The position numbers and the translations under genes were made by a program. The notes beneath the pieces are model-generated. The model had not been told where the DNA came from. It worked only from the letters and a program-made list of their open reading frames with translations, and ran no database searches. Shown here piece after piece: positions 22,499-31,230 of a DNA stretch of 35,404 bases; within the stretch, counting starts at the first letter, position 1, and each line of letters opens with the position of its first letter. The DNA is from an uncultured Acidisphaera sp. (GTDB lineage Bacteria; Pseudomonadota; Alphaproteobacteria; Acetobacterales; Acetobacteraceae), in NCBI GenBank assembly GCA_964250825.1, contig CAXUIE010000002.1:5072-40475 (forward strand), in the 5' to 3' direction.

Positions 22499-23947
22499 TC
22501 ATCGCGGCGCCCGCGCGGGGATCAAATCTCCCGCCAGCTTGGTCATGTTCGAAACGTAGCCGGGCAGCAGCACCGTTTCCAGCAAAGCGAGGTAAACCAC
22601 CCCGCCGATCGCGAGCTCGGCGAACATGCCCCAAAGGGACGCGCCGCCGATAACGCGGCGGGCGAGCAACATCGCGATCGCCATCGCCAAGCCGCAAAGC
22701 GTGATGCGTGCGACGTTCGCCAGCAGCTTGCCGAATCCGACCCCCGACCCGCGGCGGAGTATCGTGAGATGCAGCGGCACGCACGCAATCGACACGCCCG
22801 TCCAAGCCCAGCCCACCGCGACGATGCCGAACTGGGTCGCTATCACGAAGGCAAGGCTTGCGATGACCAGCTGCGCCACGGTGACCACCACGTAAAGCTC
22901 GGGGCGTCCCAGGGCGCCGAGCGCTTGGCCGGTGAAAAACCACAAGGGCACGGTGGCGCCGGCGAAGCACATGGCCTGCAGGACCGGCACCGCGCCAACC
23001 CACTGCCCGCCAAACGCAAGCGGAAGCAGCTTTGGGGCGACAACCGCCAGCCCCACGGCCGCCGGCATCCAGGCCGCGGCCGAGGCGGTGACCAGGCGCG
23101 TGTAGCCGTGCGCGAATTCCCGGCGCTGGTCGGCGATCCGGGCGAGCACCGGCATCATCACGGCTTGTAGCGGCGCCATGGTCAGCAGGCCGACCACCTG
23201 GATTACCTTCAAACCCAGGGCGTAGTATCCCACGGCGGTCACGTCGAGAAACAAACCGATCAGGACGTTGTCGACCTTGCCGTTCACGGAATTGAGGATG
23301 CTGGCCGGTATGAAGTGCCGGGTGAAGCGCGCCATGTCGGTGAACGAAGCGACGGAGAACACGAATCGCGGGCGCCACCGGATGGTGGTCCACATCACGA
23401 CCAGGATCACCACCGCCTGCGAGATCTGCAGGATCACCAGCGACCATACGCCCCAGCCCGACAGGGCCAGCGCGATTCCGACGATGCCGCCCAGCACGTA
23501 TCCCGAGATCGCGCGCATCGCGAACAGGGACATCTTAAGCTCGCGCCGACATAGCGCCGAGTGAACGCTCACCAGCGCGCGGAGCACGCATAAGGCCGCC
23601 ATCCCGCGAAGCACCGGAGACAACTCGGGCGTGCCGAACGCGTCCGCCATCCAGGGCGAGAGAACGTACAACCCGCCCGCGATGACGGTGCCCAAGGCGA
23701 GGTTGGTCCAGAATACCGTGCTGAGATCGTCCTCGGTGACGACCTCGCGCTGGATCAGGGCGTCGCTGAAGCCTTCGAGCAGGACCACGTTGGCCATCGC
23801 GGTGATCGCCAGGGATAGCGAGAAGATGCCGTACTCGCCCGGCCCGAGAATCCGGGTAAGCACGGCGTAGATGACAAAGGAAAGACCCTGGCTGCCGCCA
23901 ACGTCCACCATCATCCATAGTACGGCTTTGGCGGTCCGCTCCTTCAA
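22499..23947 (-). CDS. Wzx-type oligosaccharide flippase (MOP superfamily)
   Basis: 482 aa, about 12-14 TM. N-terminus typical of polysaccharide biosynthesis proteins (..GSQGLSFVIYAVLTRILGPGEYGIF). TTG start overlaps the upstream TGA. Confidence 0.85.
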   Translation of the reverse strand: MKERTAKAVLWMMVDVGGSQGLSFVIYAVLTRILGPGEYGIFSLSLAITAMANVVLLEGFSDALIQREVVTEDDLSTVFWTNLALGTVIAGGLYVLSPWMADAFGTPELSPVLRGMAALCVLRALVSVHSALCRRELKMSLFAMRAISGYVLGGIVGIALALSGWGVWSLVILQISQAVVILVVMWTTIRWRPRFVFSVASFTDMARFTRHFIPASILNSVNGKVDNVLIGLFLDVTAVGYYALGLKVIQVVGLLTMAPLQAVMMPVLARIADQRREFAHGYTRLVTASAAAWMPAAVGLAVVAPKLLPLAFGGQWVGAVPVLQAMCFAGATVPLWFFTGQALGALGRPELYVVVTVAQLVIASLAFVIATQFGIVAVGWAWTGVSIACVPLHLTILRRGSGVGFGKLLANVARITLCGLAMAIAMLLARRVIGGASLWGMFAELAIGGVVYLALLETVLLPGYVSNMTKLAGDLIPARAPR

Positions 23948-25659
23948 CTGCCCGATCCCGTCGGCTGGCCGGGGGCGGCCGCGATCCCGGCCGTGTTCGG
24001 GAGCAAGCCGGCGACCATGTCCGGCGCGGTCCTGTCATCCCGGCCGCGGCGCGACAACCTACTCGCGTACCGGCGCAGGCGGCTGTGGATCCGTTGGCGA
24101 AGCACGCCGAAGTCGACTGCATATCGCTTGCCGTCGATCAGCACGGTGTTTCCGTGAACCGAGAAAGTATGTAGCCCGTCGGGGAACCGTCCGAACGGGT
24201 CGGGCAGCACAGTGGCCGCCTGCTCCTCGCGAAAGGCCGCGGTCGTGCATTCCACCACCCGATTGAGGACCACAGCCCCTCCGTAGGTCCGAGAGCAATC
24301 CTGCGCCGGCCGGATCAGCTCTCCCCCGCTATAGAATAGCGCGCCGGCGCCGCGGGAAGAGCGGACGTCGATCTTCACCGGATTGGCGCGGTGCGGGTGC
24401 CAGGGACCATCCAGACGCTCGGCCCAAAGCAGGCACAAATTGTCGTACAATCCGATGTCGCCGTCCGTGTAGGCGATCCAGTACAAGCCGTCCAACCGGA
24501 ACAGGGTGGGGTCCGCCATCACCGCGTTCTCCGCCACGACGCAAACCGGGCGTGGCGGCGCTCCTTGACGGAGTTCGTAGATCACCTGCCGGCGCGACGC
24601 GCCCATCTCGGGCAGGCAAAGCACCCGCCCATCCTCCACCCAGGCGAACGGGTAAGAAAGATGGCAGCCGACCGGAAGTGCCACGTCCTCGTTGGCGGTG
24701 ATGGCGTCATCGGCGATCGTGAGCGCCCGGAGCGACCCGCGCCCGCTGCCGTGGCTAAACTGCTCGCACAGGATCACATCGACGCGCCCCGGCCAGGGCA
24801 TGGGGTCCGCGATGTAGCCGTCAGCCTGCGGTATCTCGATCCATCGGGAAACCTTCGCCGGTTTGCCAGCCACGATCGCGTCTGGCGTCGCGTCGGCGAC
24901 GCCAATCGCCCACAATTCGCACGTCGCGTAGTCGCGCAATCGTCTCGCAAAGCCTGCGGCACGGTAGTTAAAGCGCGCGATCGACGGCGGCCGCCGTCGC
25001 CGCCCGTTAGGCCGCCAAGCGGGCCCGCGTGGCTCGGAAATCGGCCCGGCATGCCGCTCGATGCCGGTCGCGAGAAGGTGGGCGACCGCGCGGGCCAGGC
25101 CTTCCAGAAGCATCGGATGGCTCTGGAGGGCGGACAGGCGGACTTCCTCCAGCACTGTCCAGCGCCCGCCGCCGTCAGCGCTTTCGATCAGGTTCAGCGG
25201 CACGCTGCCGGCTGATGTCCAGCACTCGTCCACGCCGAAGAAGGGAGCGAGGACTCCGGCCCCGGTCGAGCCGACGATGCGCCAGATCCGGCCGGGGCTC
25301 GCGAAGCCAGCCCCGTGCAGGTCGACGATGAGACCGTCCGGTGCGACCCCGTGCGCCGAAGCGTGGCCGCACTCGTTGAACCACTGCAGTCCCGTGCCGG
25401 TCACGGCCCGACGCCAGCGGCCGCTTGCCGCGCCCGTCGCGCCCGTCGCGCCGAGTTGCGCCAAGCCGGCGAGGCGCGCCGTGATGAGGCGCATCAATGG
25501 GGAGGTTTCGGCGACCCCGGACAGAACGAGCCGCGGCAGCGCGCGGGCGGCCTCGTCAGGCATCGCCGCCCCGCCTCGCGCCCGTGCGGCAGCGGCAACC
25601 GATGCAGCGGGGCCCCGGGATACATCGTATCCGTCCGTGTCCGACATGAGGGCGATCAT
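23944..25659 (-). CDS. Hypothetical EPS-cluster protein; the C-terminal ~330 aa resemble the beta-propeller-like domain of bacterial proteins annotated glucosamine-inositolphosphorylceramide-transferase-family
   Basis: 571 aa with clean ATG (25657-25659) and operon context. C-terminal blocks YIADPMPW, LSYPFAWVEDGRVLCLPE, ADPTLFRLDGLYWIAYTD, GPWHPHRANPVK, RGAGALFYSGGELIRPAQDCS..YGGAVVLNRV. The N-terminal ~230 aa are unassigned. The family call is from memory only. Confidence 0.65.
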   Translation of the reverse strand: MIALMSDTDGYDVSRGPAASVAAAARARGGAAMPDEAARALPRLVLSGVAETSPLMRLITARLAGLAQLGATGATGAASGRWRRAVTGTGLQWFNECGHASAHGVAPDGLIVDLHGAGFASPGRIWRIVGSTGAGVLAPFFGVDECWTSAGSVPLNLIESADGGGRWTVLEEVRLSALQSHPMLLEGLARAVAHLLATGIERHAGPISEPRGPAWRPNGRRRRPPSIARFNYRAAGFARRLRDYATCELWAIGVADATPDAIVAGKPAKVSRWIEIPQADGYIADPMPWPGRVDVILCEQFSHGSGRGSLRALTIADDAITANEDVALPVGCHLSYPFAWVEDGRVLCLPEMGASRRQVIYELRQGAPPRPVCVVAENAVMADPTLFRLDGLYWIAYTDGDIGLYDNLCLLWAERLDGPWHPHRANPVKIDVRSSRGAGALFYSGGELIRPAQDCSRTYGGAVVLNRVVECTTAAFREEQAATVLPDPFGRFPDGLHTFSVHGNTVLIDGKRYAVDFGVLRQRIHSRLRRYASRLSRRGRDDRTAPDMVAGLLPNTAGIAAAPGQPTGSGS

Positions 25660-25668
25660 CCTCGGCGA

Positions 25669-26370
25669 CTAGCCGACCGCGCTGAAGCGGGATTTCGCGG
25701 CCAACGCCCACCGCACCATCGTCGGCAGATCCTTGGCCCAGGACTTGTCCCACATGTGGACGCCGAGCGTTTCGGGCTTGATGTAGGACTCGCTGAACTC
25801 CTGGCCCATGCCGACAGGGAAGAACACGGTCCAGGGCAGCACGAGCATGTCGCGGACGAAAACGCCGGAAGTGTCGTAGCGATCGAGGCCGTATTTGCGC
25901 AGCAGGCGCGTGACGAGCTTCGGGCCGGTTCGCGTGGGCCGCTCCAGCCCGAACGGGACGGGCCGCATGGCCAACACTTCGTCGAGCGCTTCCCGAAGGA
26001 ACCAATGTCCCGCCTCGGCGCCGAAGACGCCGTTGCAGACCCAGTCCGTGGGATGCGAGTCGACCTGGAATGACCAGAACGCGGCATGGTTCAGCAGAGA
26101 ATCGAGCGGCTTGCGTATCTGGAAGTCCGTGTCGAGGTAAATTCCTCCCTCGGCATGCACGGCCATCAGACGAACGATGTCCGCAACCTTGGACCAGCGC
26201 TTCTCCTTGTAGGCGTGCCGGAGGATCGGCACGCGGAAATCGATATTGTCCTCGCTCCACCGGGTGAATTCGTAGTTCGGGTTGTGGTCGCGCCATCCTT
26301 CGATGAGGCGAGCCTTGCCTTCCGGCAATGGGCCGCCCACCCACACGTAATGAATTCTCTTGGGGATCAT
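25669..26370 (-). CDS. Glycosyltransferase family 32-like (DXD sugar transferase)
   Basis: Start ATG 26368-26370 (MIPKRIHYVWVGGPLPE..). DXD context GGIYLDTDF. The upstream part of the track ORF is unsupported. Confidence 0.85.
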   Translation of the reverse strand: MIPKRIHYVWVGGPLPEGKARLIEGWRDHNPNYEFTRWSEDNIDFRVPILRHAYKEKRWSKVADIVRLMAVHAEGGIYLDTDFQIRKPLDSLLNHAAFWSFQVDSHPTDWVCNGVFGAEAGHWFLREALDEVLAMRPVPFGLERPTRTGPKLVTRLLRKYGLDRYDTSGVFVRDMLVLPWTVFFPVGMGQEFSESYIKPETLGVHMWDKSWAKDLPTMVRWALAAKSRFSAVG

Positions 26371-26444
26371 CTCGAATAAACCTTTGGCCTTAGTTGCCCT
26401 GAAGAGACGGTCGGCTAAGCGAGGCGAAGAGCGGCAAGTCACCC

Positions 26445-27506
26445 TTATCGGACGGTTTCCACACGCGAGGTCATCCGGGCGCCTACCGCTGCACGGTGGG
26501 ACAGGACGCTGACCAGCCCCGTGTGTCCAGCGACAATGAGCAGCCAAATGCAGGCGAAGGTGGAGTCGGCCAGGTTGAAGCGCCAGCCGAGGATGCCGAT
26601 GCCTCCTAGGACGGCGGCGGCGGCGCTCAGCAGGACCGTGACGCTGGCCGCGTCGATCTCGGCGGCGAGGAGCAGGTGGTGCAGGTGCTGACGGTCGCCA
26701 CGAAACGGGTTCTTGCCCGCGCCGATCCGCCGGAAAAACAGGCTTCCGGTGTCGACAAGCGGGATGGCCACCACCAGACCCGAGGCAAGGAGCGGGACGC
26801 CGCGATCGTTCAGCTCAAGGCAGAACCAAGCGACGGCGCAGCCCAGCATCATGGTCCCGGCGTCGCCCATGAACACGGATGCCCGCTTGCGCCACGGCGC
26901 GCGGAGATTGAACGCCAGAAAGGCAACTATTGGAACGATCAGCCGGACGACGATCGTCGTCGTGTCCCACGAGGCGCTCAGGGCGCCGGCGAGGGCGAGC
27001 CAAGCAAGACCAACGGCGACCAGCGACCCCGACAGGCCGTCCACGCCGTCCACCATGTTCACGGCGTTGATCGTCATGAGGATCAAGGTCACCGTGAAGC
27101 CCGCGCTCGCCAGCATCGCCAACGAGCCGAACCCGGTCGCGTACTCCCAGCCGATGGGCGTGAACCCGCCGGCCGCGACGAGCGCCACGGCCGAGATCGT
27201 CTGCGCGGCGAGCTTCTTAAAGGGGCTCACATCGACGGCATCGTCCAGGGCGCCCACAACGACCAGGAACCCCATGGCGGTCAGCAGCACGGCGTAGGTC
27301 CTGAACAGCCCATAATCGAGCGAAGTACCGAGAAAGAACGCGCAGTAGATGGCGAGGCCGCCGACCGTCGGGATTTCACCGACATGCTGCTTACGTCCGG
27401 CCGGGCGATCGATCAGACGAAGCTTTCCCGCGTAGGATCGCGCGGCGTTGATGAGGAGTAGGCACAGGATCGCAATGGTGGCGATCTGCGGAATAAGCGT
27501 CTTCAA
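26445..27506 (-). CDS. Polyprenyl-phosphate N-acetylhexosamine-1-phosphate transferase (WecA/MraY GT4 family), priming enzyme
   Basis: Blocks IDRPAGRKQHVGEIPTVGGLAI, VVGALDD, NAVNMVDGVDGL. Proposed TTG start (27504-27506) lies 5 nt after GGAGG. There is no ATG near the first TM segment. Confidence 0.85.
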   Translation of the reverse strand: MKTLIPQIATIAILCLLLINAARSYAGKLRLIDRPAGRKQHVGEIPTVGGLAIYCAFFLGTSLDYGLFRTYAVLLTAMGFLVVVGALDDAVDVSPFKKLAAQTISAVALVAAGGFTPIGWEYATGFGSLAMLASAGFTVTLILMTINAVNMVDGVDGLSGSLVAVGLAWLALAGALSASWDTTTIVVRLIVPIVAFLAFNLRAPWRKRASVFMGDAGTMMLGCAVAWFCLELNDRGVPLLASGLVVAIPLVDTGSLFFRRIGAGKNPFRGDRQHLHHLLLAAEIDAASVTVLLSAAAAVLGGIGILGWRFNLADSTFACIWLLIVAGHTGLVSVLSHRAAVGARMTSRVETVR

Positions 27507-27639
27507 CGAAGCCTCCAATGGCGCGCGGTAAAAAGTTTGAACCCCCCGGCTGCGGCGGCCCGTGGGCCGCTCGAGCCGGGAAAAAACGGCTTCTCCTGCC
27601 GGACCGGAAAAATCGGCACCGGGTCGTGTCCGCCCATCG

Positions 27640-29871
27640 TCAGGCGGCGCGGCGGCCGTAGTAGCGCCGCACCTCTTTGGAGTACGAGGCGCCATCCGTT
27701 GGATTGCTGCGGGCCATCTGGTCGACATCGACCATGGTCAGCACCACGCCGGAGATCTTGGCGCCCGTTCGAGCCAGCTTGTCGTGGGCGGCGGCGACGA
27801 TCTTCCGCGGCGTGCGCGCCCAGCGGACGAACAGCAGGGTGGTGTCGGCGAACAAGGCCAACATCCAAGCCTCCGGACCGACCATGACCGGCGGCGCGTC
27901 GATGAAGATCAGGTCGTAGTCGCCCCGGGCACCACGCAGCAGGTCCCGCATCGCCGCCGAGCAGATCAATCCGGACGGATTGTCGGTGGAGGCGCCGCAA
28001 GCCAGCACGGACACCCCGGGCGCCACCTTGTCGGAGAACACCACTTCGTCGAGCTGCGCTTGACCGGTCAACACCTCCGACAAGCCAGCGTGGCTTGCGT
28101 CGAACGGCCGGCGAAGCCGCGGCGAGCGCCGCATGTCGGCGTCGACGAACAAGGTGCGCTTGCCGTTCCGGGCGGCGATCCGTGCCAGGGTCAGACCGAC
28201 GGAGGTCTTGCCCTCCCGCGGAACCGCGGAGGTGATCAGGATGCAGCCGTTCGGCTCCTGCCCGAGGACGATCTGCAGGTAGAGATCGGTGATCGCCGTC
28301 CCGATCAGCGACAACGGATCGGGGGCGCGGGTGCGCCGCAGCTCCGGGATCATGCCGAGCGTCGGGAGGTTGAGGTCCCGGCTGACCTGGGCCTGGCTTT
28401 GGAAGCCGCGGTCCCGCGCGTCGAGCGCCAGGATGGCGACCACCGCGAAGATGCTCGACACCGCCATGCCGACCGGGATGACGATCTTGGGCCGCGGGGA
28501 AACCGGGCTGATCGGGGTCGCCGCGTGGGCGATGATGTAGGCGTCCGGCGATTGCAGGGCGCTGCCGACATCCGTCTCGTGCGCGCGCCGGAGGAACGCC
28601 TCATAGATGTCCTTGGCGGCCGTCGCGTTCTGCGCCAACTGGTCGAGCGACACCTCGTTTTCCCGCACCTTGCCCATCTCGGTCATCAGCTGATCGAGCC
28701 GGGCGCGCAGGCCGTTCTCACGGTCGAGCGCCGCCTGATAGTCGCCACGCACGGCCGCGACAATCTTGGAGGTTTCCTGATCGATGCGGCGCTGGATCGA
28801 CGCCGACTGCGCCCGCGAGACCTCGGCGGTGGGATGCTTCTCGCCGTAGATGATCCCGGACGAACTCGTTTCGCGGGCGATCTGCGCCTGCTGGACGCGC
28901 AATTGCTGGATCAGCTGGGAGCTCAGGATTTCCTCGTTCCCGTCGCCCCCCGCGGCGGCGGCGCGCTGGATGTCGCGCAACCGAGAGGCCGCCGCCAGCC
29001 GGTCGCGCTGCGCGCTGGTAAGCTGCGAGCTCGTTTCGGAGATTTGCTGGCGAATGAGCGTGCTGTCGCGTCCTTCGGTCAGCCCGAGCTTGGCCCGGTA
29101 TTGCTCAACCTTGTCGGCGGCATCCGCCGCGGTCTTTTGCAGGCCGGCCAGCCGATTGGTGATCTGACGATTGGCGTCCTCCGTCGCCCCTTGCTTCATT
29201 TCGATTTGATGATCGACGTAGCGTTGCGCCATGGCGTTGGCGAACTTCTGCGCCATGACCGGGCGGCCCGACGTGAACATGATGTTGATCGCGCGAGACC
29301 GCCCGACGGGAGACACGTCCAAATTGTGCTCGACCTCGTCGATGACCGCGTCCGTATAATCCCGCCCTTGCAGGACCGGAGGTTCAATGGCGGCGTGCGC
29401 CTTGTCATACGACGCTTCCGGAATCCAGGGCCGCAGCGCGTCGAGCGACGAAAGCGCGACCCGTCGCAAGAAGCCCGTCCGATTCGGGTTGAAGTCGGGA
29501 TCGTGTTCCAGGTCGAGCTGCTGCACGACGGAGCCGACCAGATCGCGCGACGTGATGACCTGCACTTCGTTGGTTACGGTGTCGAGGTCGATGGTCATGT
29601 CGGGAGCCCCGGCGCCCACCTTCAGCACCTGTGCCCGGCGCCCGTCGATCATCACCGTGGAGGTGGCGCTGTATGTCGGAGTGGTGAGCAGAATGCTGCC
29701 GACGGCCAGCAATGTGCCGGTCGCGACGATACCCGCCGCCATCCAGCGATGATGCTTGAGGGCGCGCCACGCCCGCCCGAGATAATCCTGAGCGTCCGAT
29801 GGCGGGACGTCGGCGCCCCAGCTCGAAAGCATTGCTTCACGGGGTTGTTGAACGAGAAGTTGCGTGTTCAC
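27640..29871 (-). CDS. Polysaccharide co-polymerase / BY-kinase (Wzc/ExoP/GumC-like)
   Basis: 743 aa with an N-terminal Wzz-type TM, a long coiled-coil periplasmic region and a second TM. Walker A is SAVPREGKTS, A' is LFVDADMRR and B is DLIFIDAPP. The short C-terminal Tyr cluster is SYSKEVRRYYG. GTG start overlaps the upstream TGA. Confidence 0.9.
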   Translation of the reverse strand: MNTQLLVQQPREAMLSSWGADVPPSDAQDYLGRAWRALKHHRWMAAGIVATGTLLAVGSILLTTPTYSATSTVMIDGRRAQVLKVGAGAPDMTIDLDTVTNEVQVITSRDLVGSVVQQLDLEHDPDFNPNRTGFLRRVALSSLDALRPWIPEASYDKAHAAIEPPVLQGRDYTDAVIDEVEHNLDVSPVGRSRAINIMFTSGRPVMAQKFANAMAQRYVDHQIEMKQGATEDANRQITNRLAGLQKTAADAADKVEQYRAKLGLTEGRDSTLIRQQISETSSQLTSAQRDRLAAASRLRDIQRAAAAGGDGNEEILSSQLIQQLRVQQAQIARETSSSGIIYGEKHPTAEVSRAQSASIQRRIDQETSKIVAAVRGDYQAALDRENGLRARLDQLMTEMGKVRENEVSLDQLAQNATAAKDIYEAFLRRAHETDVGSALQSPDAYIIAHAATPISPVSPRPKIVIPVGMAVSSIFAVVAILALDARDRGFQSQAQVSRDLNLPTLGMIPELRRTRAPDPLSLIGTAITDLYLQIVLGQEPNGCILITSAVPREGKTSVGLTLARIAARNGKRTLFVDADMRRSPRLRRPFDASHAGLSEVLTGQAQLDEVVFSDKVAPGVSVLACGASTDNPSGLICSAAMRDLLRGARGDYDLIFIDAPPVMVGPEAWMLALFADTTLLFVRWARTPRKIVAAAHDKLARTGAKISGVVLTMVDVDQMARSNPTDGASYSKEVRRYYGRRAA

Positions 29872-30689
29872 GAATGGACCTCCGCCCGGATTGGGCGACG
29901 AGTTGAAGAAAAAGCTTGAAGGACAACCGCTCGCCAGAACGGCGCATATTCAACCAAAAAGCGATAGCCAATCCGCCTCGGTTCGCGCTTGAGGCGATAA
30001 AGCCAGCGAAGGTTGAAACGGTCTATGATGGCCGGATAAAAATCGAACCGGTCGCCGAGGTGATCGAGATAGCCGCCACACGTAAACCCGACGCCGGACC
30101 AACCGGTGTCGGCCAAGGCCACGATGAACGCCTCCTGGCGCGGCGCGCCCATGCCGCAGATAACGATGTCGGGATTGAGCCGCGACACGCATTCCAAAAG
30201 CACATCGGCCGGCTTGTACCCATCAATCGCCGCCAGAATGCGTATGCCGGGATAAGCTTCCCTGATCCGGTCCGCCGCGACATCGGCGACACCCGGCTGC
30301 CCGCCGACAATCGCCACGGTCTTGCCGTGCTCGCGCGCGAACGCGAACACGGGCGGCGCGAGTGAAGTACTGTCGAAACTTACCCTCTCCAGCGGAAAGC
30401 GCCCGACCCGGCGCGCCGCCAGCACCAGGGCGATGCCGTCGCAAAACACGGCATCCATCCGTTGCAGCGCCTTGGAATAGCCGTCGGCACTTCGAAGCAG
30501 CTTGATGCCAAGAGGGTTCACGAACGTCATCAAGCAGGCGGATCCGCTGGGACGTCGAAACGCATCGACAACAAGCGCGAACGCCCGGTCAAGCGACTCA
30601 ACCGCAGATAGCGGAAGCCCGAACACGTCGAGCGAAGCGGAGCGGCTCCGCTTGCTCTCGGTAACGTATTGTTCACAGTCTTCGTTCAT
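29868..30689 (-). CDS. WecB/TagA/CpsF-family glycosyltransferase (GT26)
   Basis: 273 aa with blocks VTFVNPLGIKLL-type (here MTFVNPLG), DGIALVLAAR, ICGMGAPRQEAF and RWLYRLKREPRR. Confidence 0.9.
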   Translation of the reverse strand: MNEDCEQYVTESKRSRSASLDVFGLPLSAVESLDRAFALVVDAFRRPSGSACLMTFVNPLGIKLLRSADGYSKALQRMDAVFCDGIALVLAARRVGRFPLERVSFDSTSLAPPVFAFAREHGKTVAIVGGQPGVADVAADRIREAYPGIRILAAIDGYKPADVLLECVSRLNPDIVICGMGAPRQEAFIVALADTGWSGVGFTCGGYLDHLGDRFDFYPAIIDRFNLRWLYRLKREPRRIGYRFLVEYAPFWRAVVLQAFSSTRRPIRAEVHS

Positions 30690-31230
30690 AACGACTTGGT
30701 TCCGTACTGCAGGCGTCGCGAGGGGGTCAGCAGCAAGCTGTGTGCCAGGCTAAGCTTGTGTTCGGTTTCAAGGCCTTGAACGAATTGTAAGCTTCTCGAT
30801 GCCGGTTCGATGTAAACTCTCCCGACGAGCCCGAGATCGCGGAGAGGCACCCCGATCGTCGCCCCTGTTCAGCATACAAGGCCCGATCGGCGCGGCGAAA
30901 CGGCTGCATGGCACATCGCTGCGGGCACCAGAACGCCCGTATGGTTGATCCGAATTAGATGCCAGCCGATGCAGACACCTGATTAGCAGCGGGTTCGGAT
31001 GAAGACAACGTTCCCGACCAGCGCCCCCTCATGCGCGCGGTTCGCGGCTCGGAACGTCCTAGCACGATCCTTATGGTTCAATCGCGGCAACATTGTGAAA
31101 AGCGCTTCATCCAATAGTGGCTCGTGTTCAGGACGTCGGACACGCGGCGGATGCTCGCGAAGAGTTGTCGTTTGCAATCCGCAATGGCGAACCGTTTCGC
31201 GGTCAGGCGGCCACGATCGACACAGACCAA

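Noticed and set aside
27562-29919. 785-aa plus-strand ORF
   Set aside because: It is antisense to the Wzc-like gene, which has clear Walker motifs, so this is a shadow ORF.
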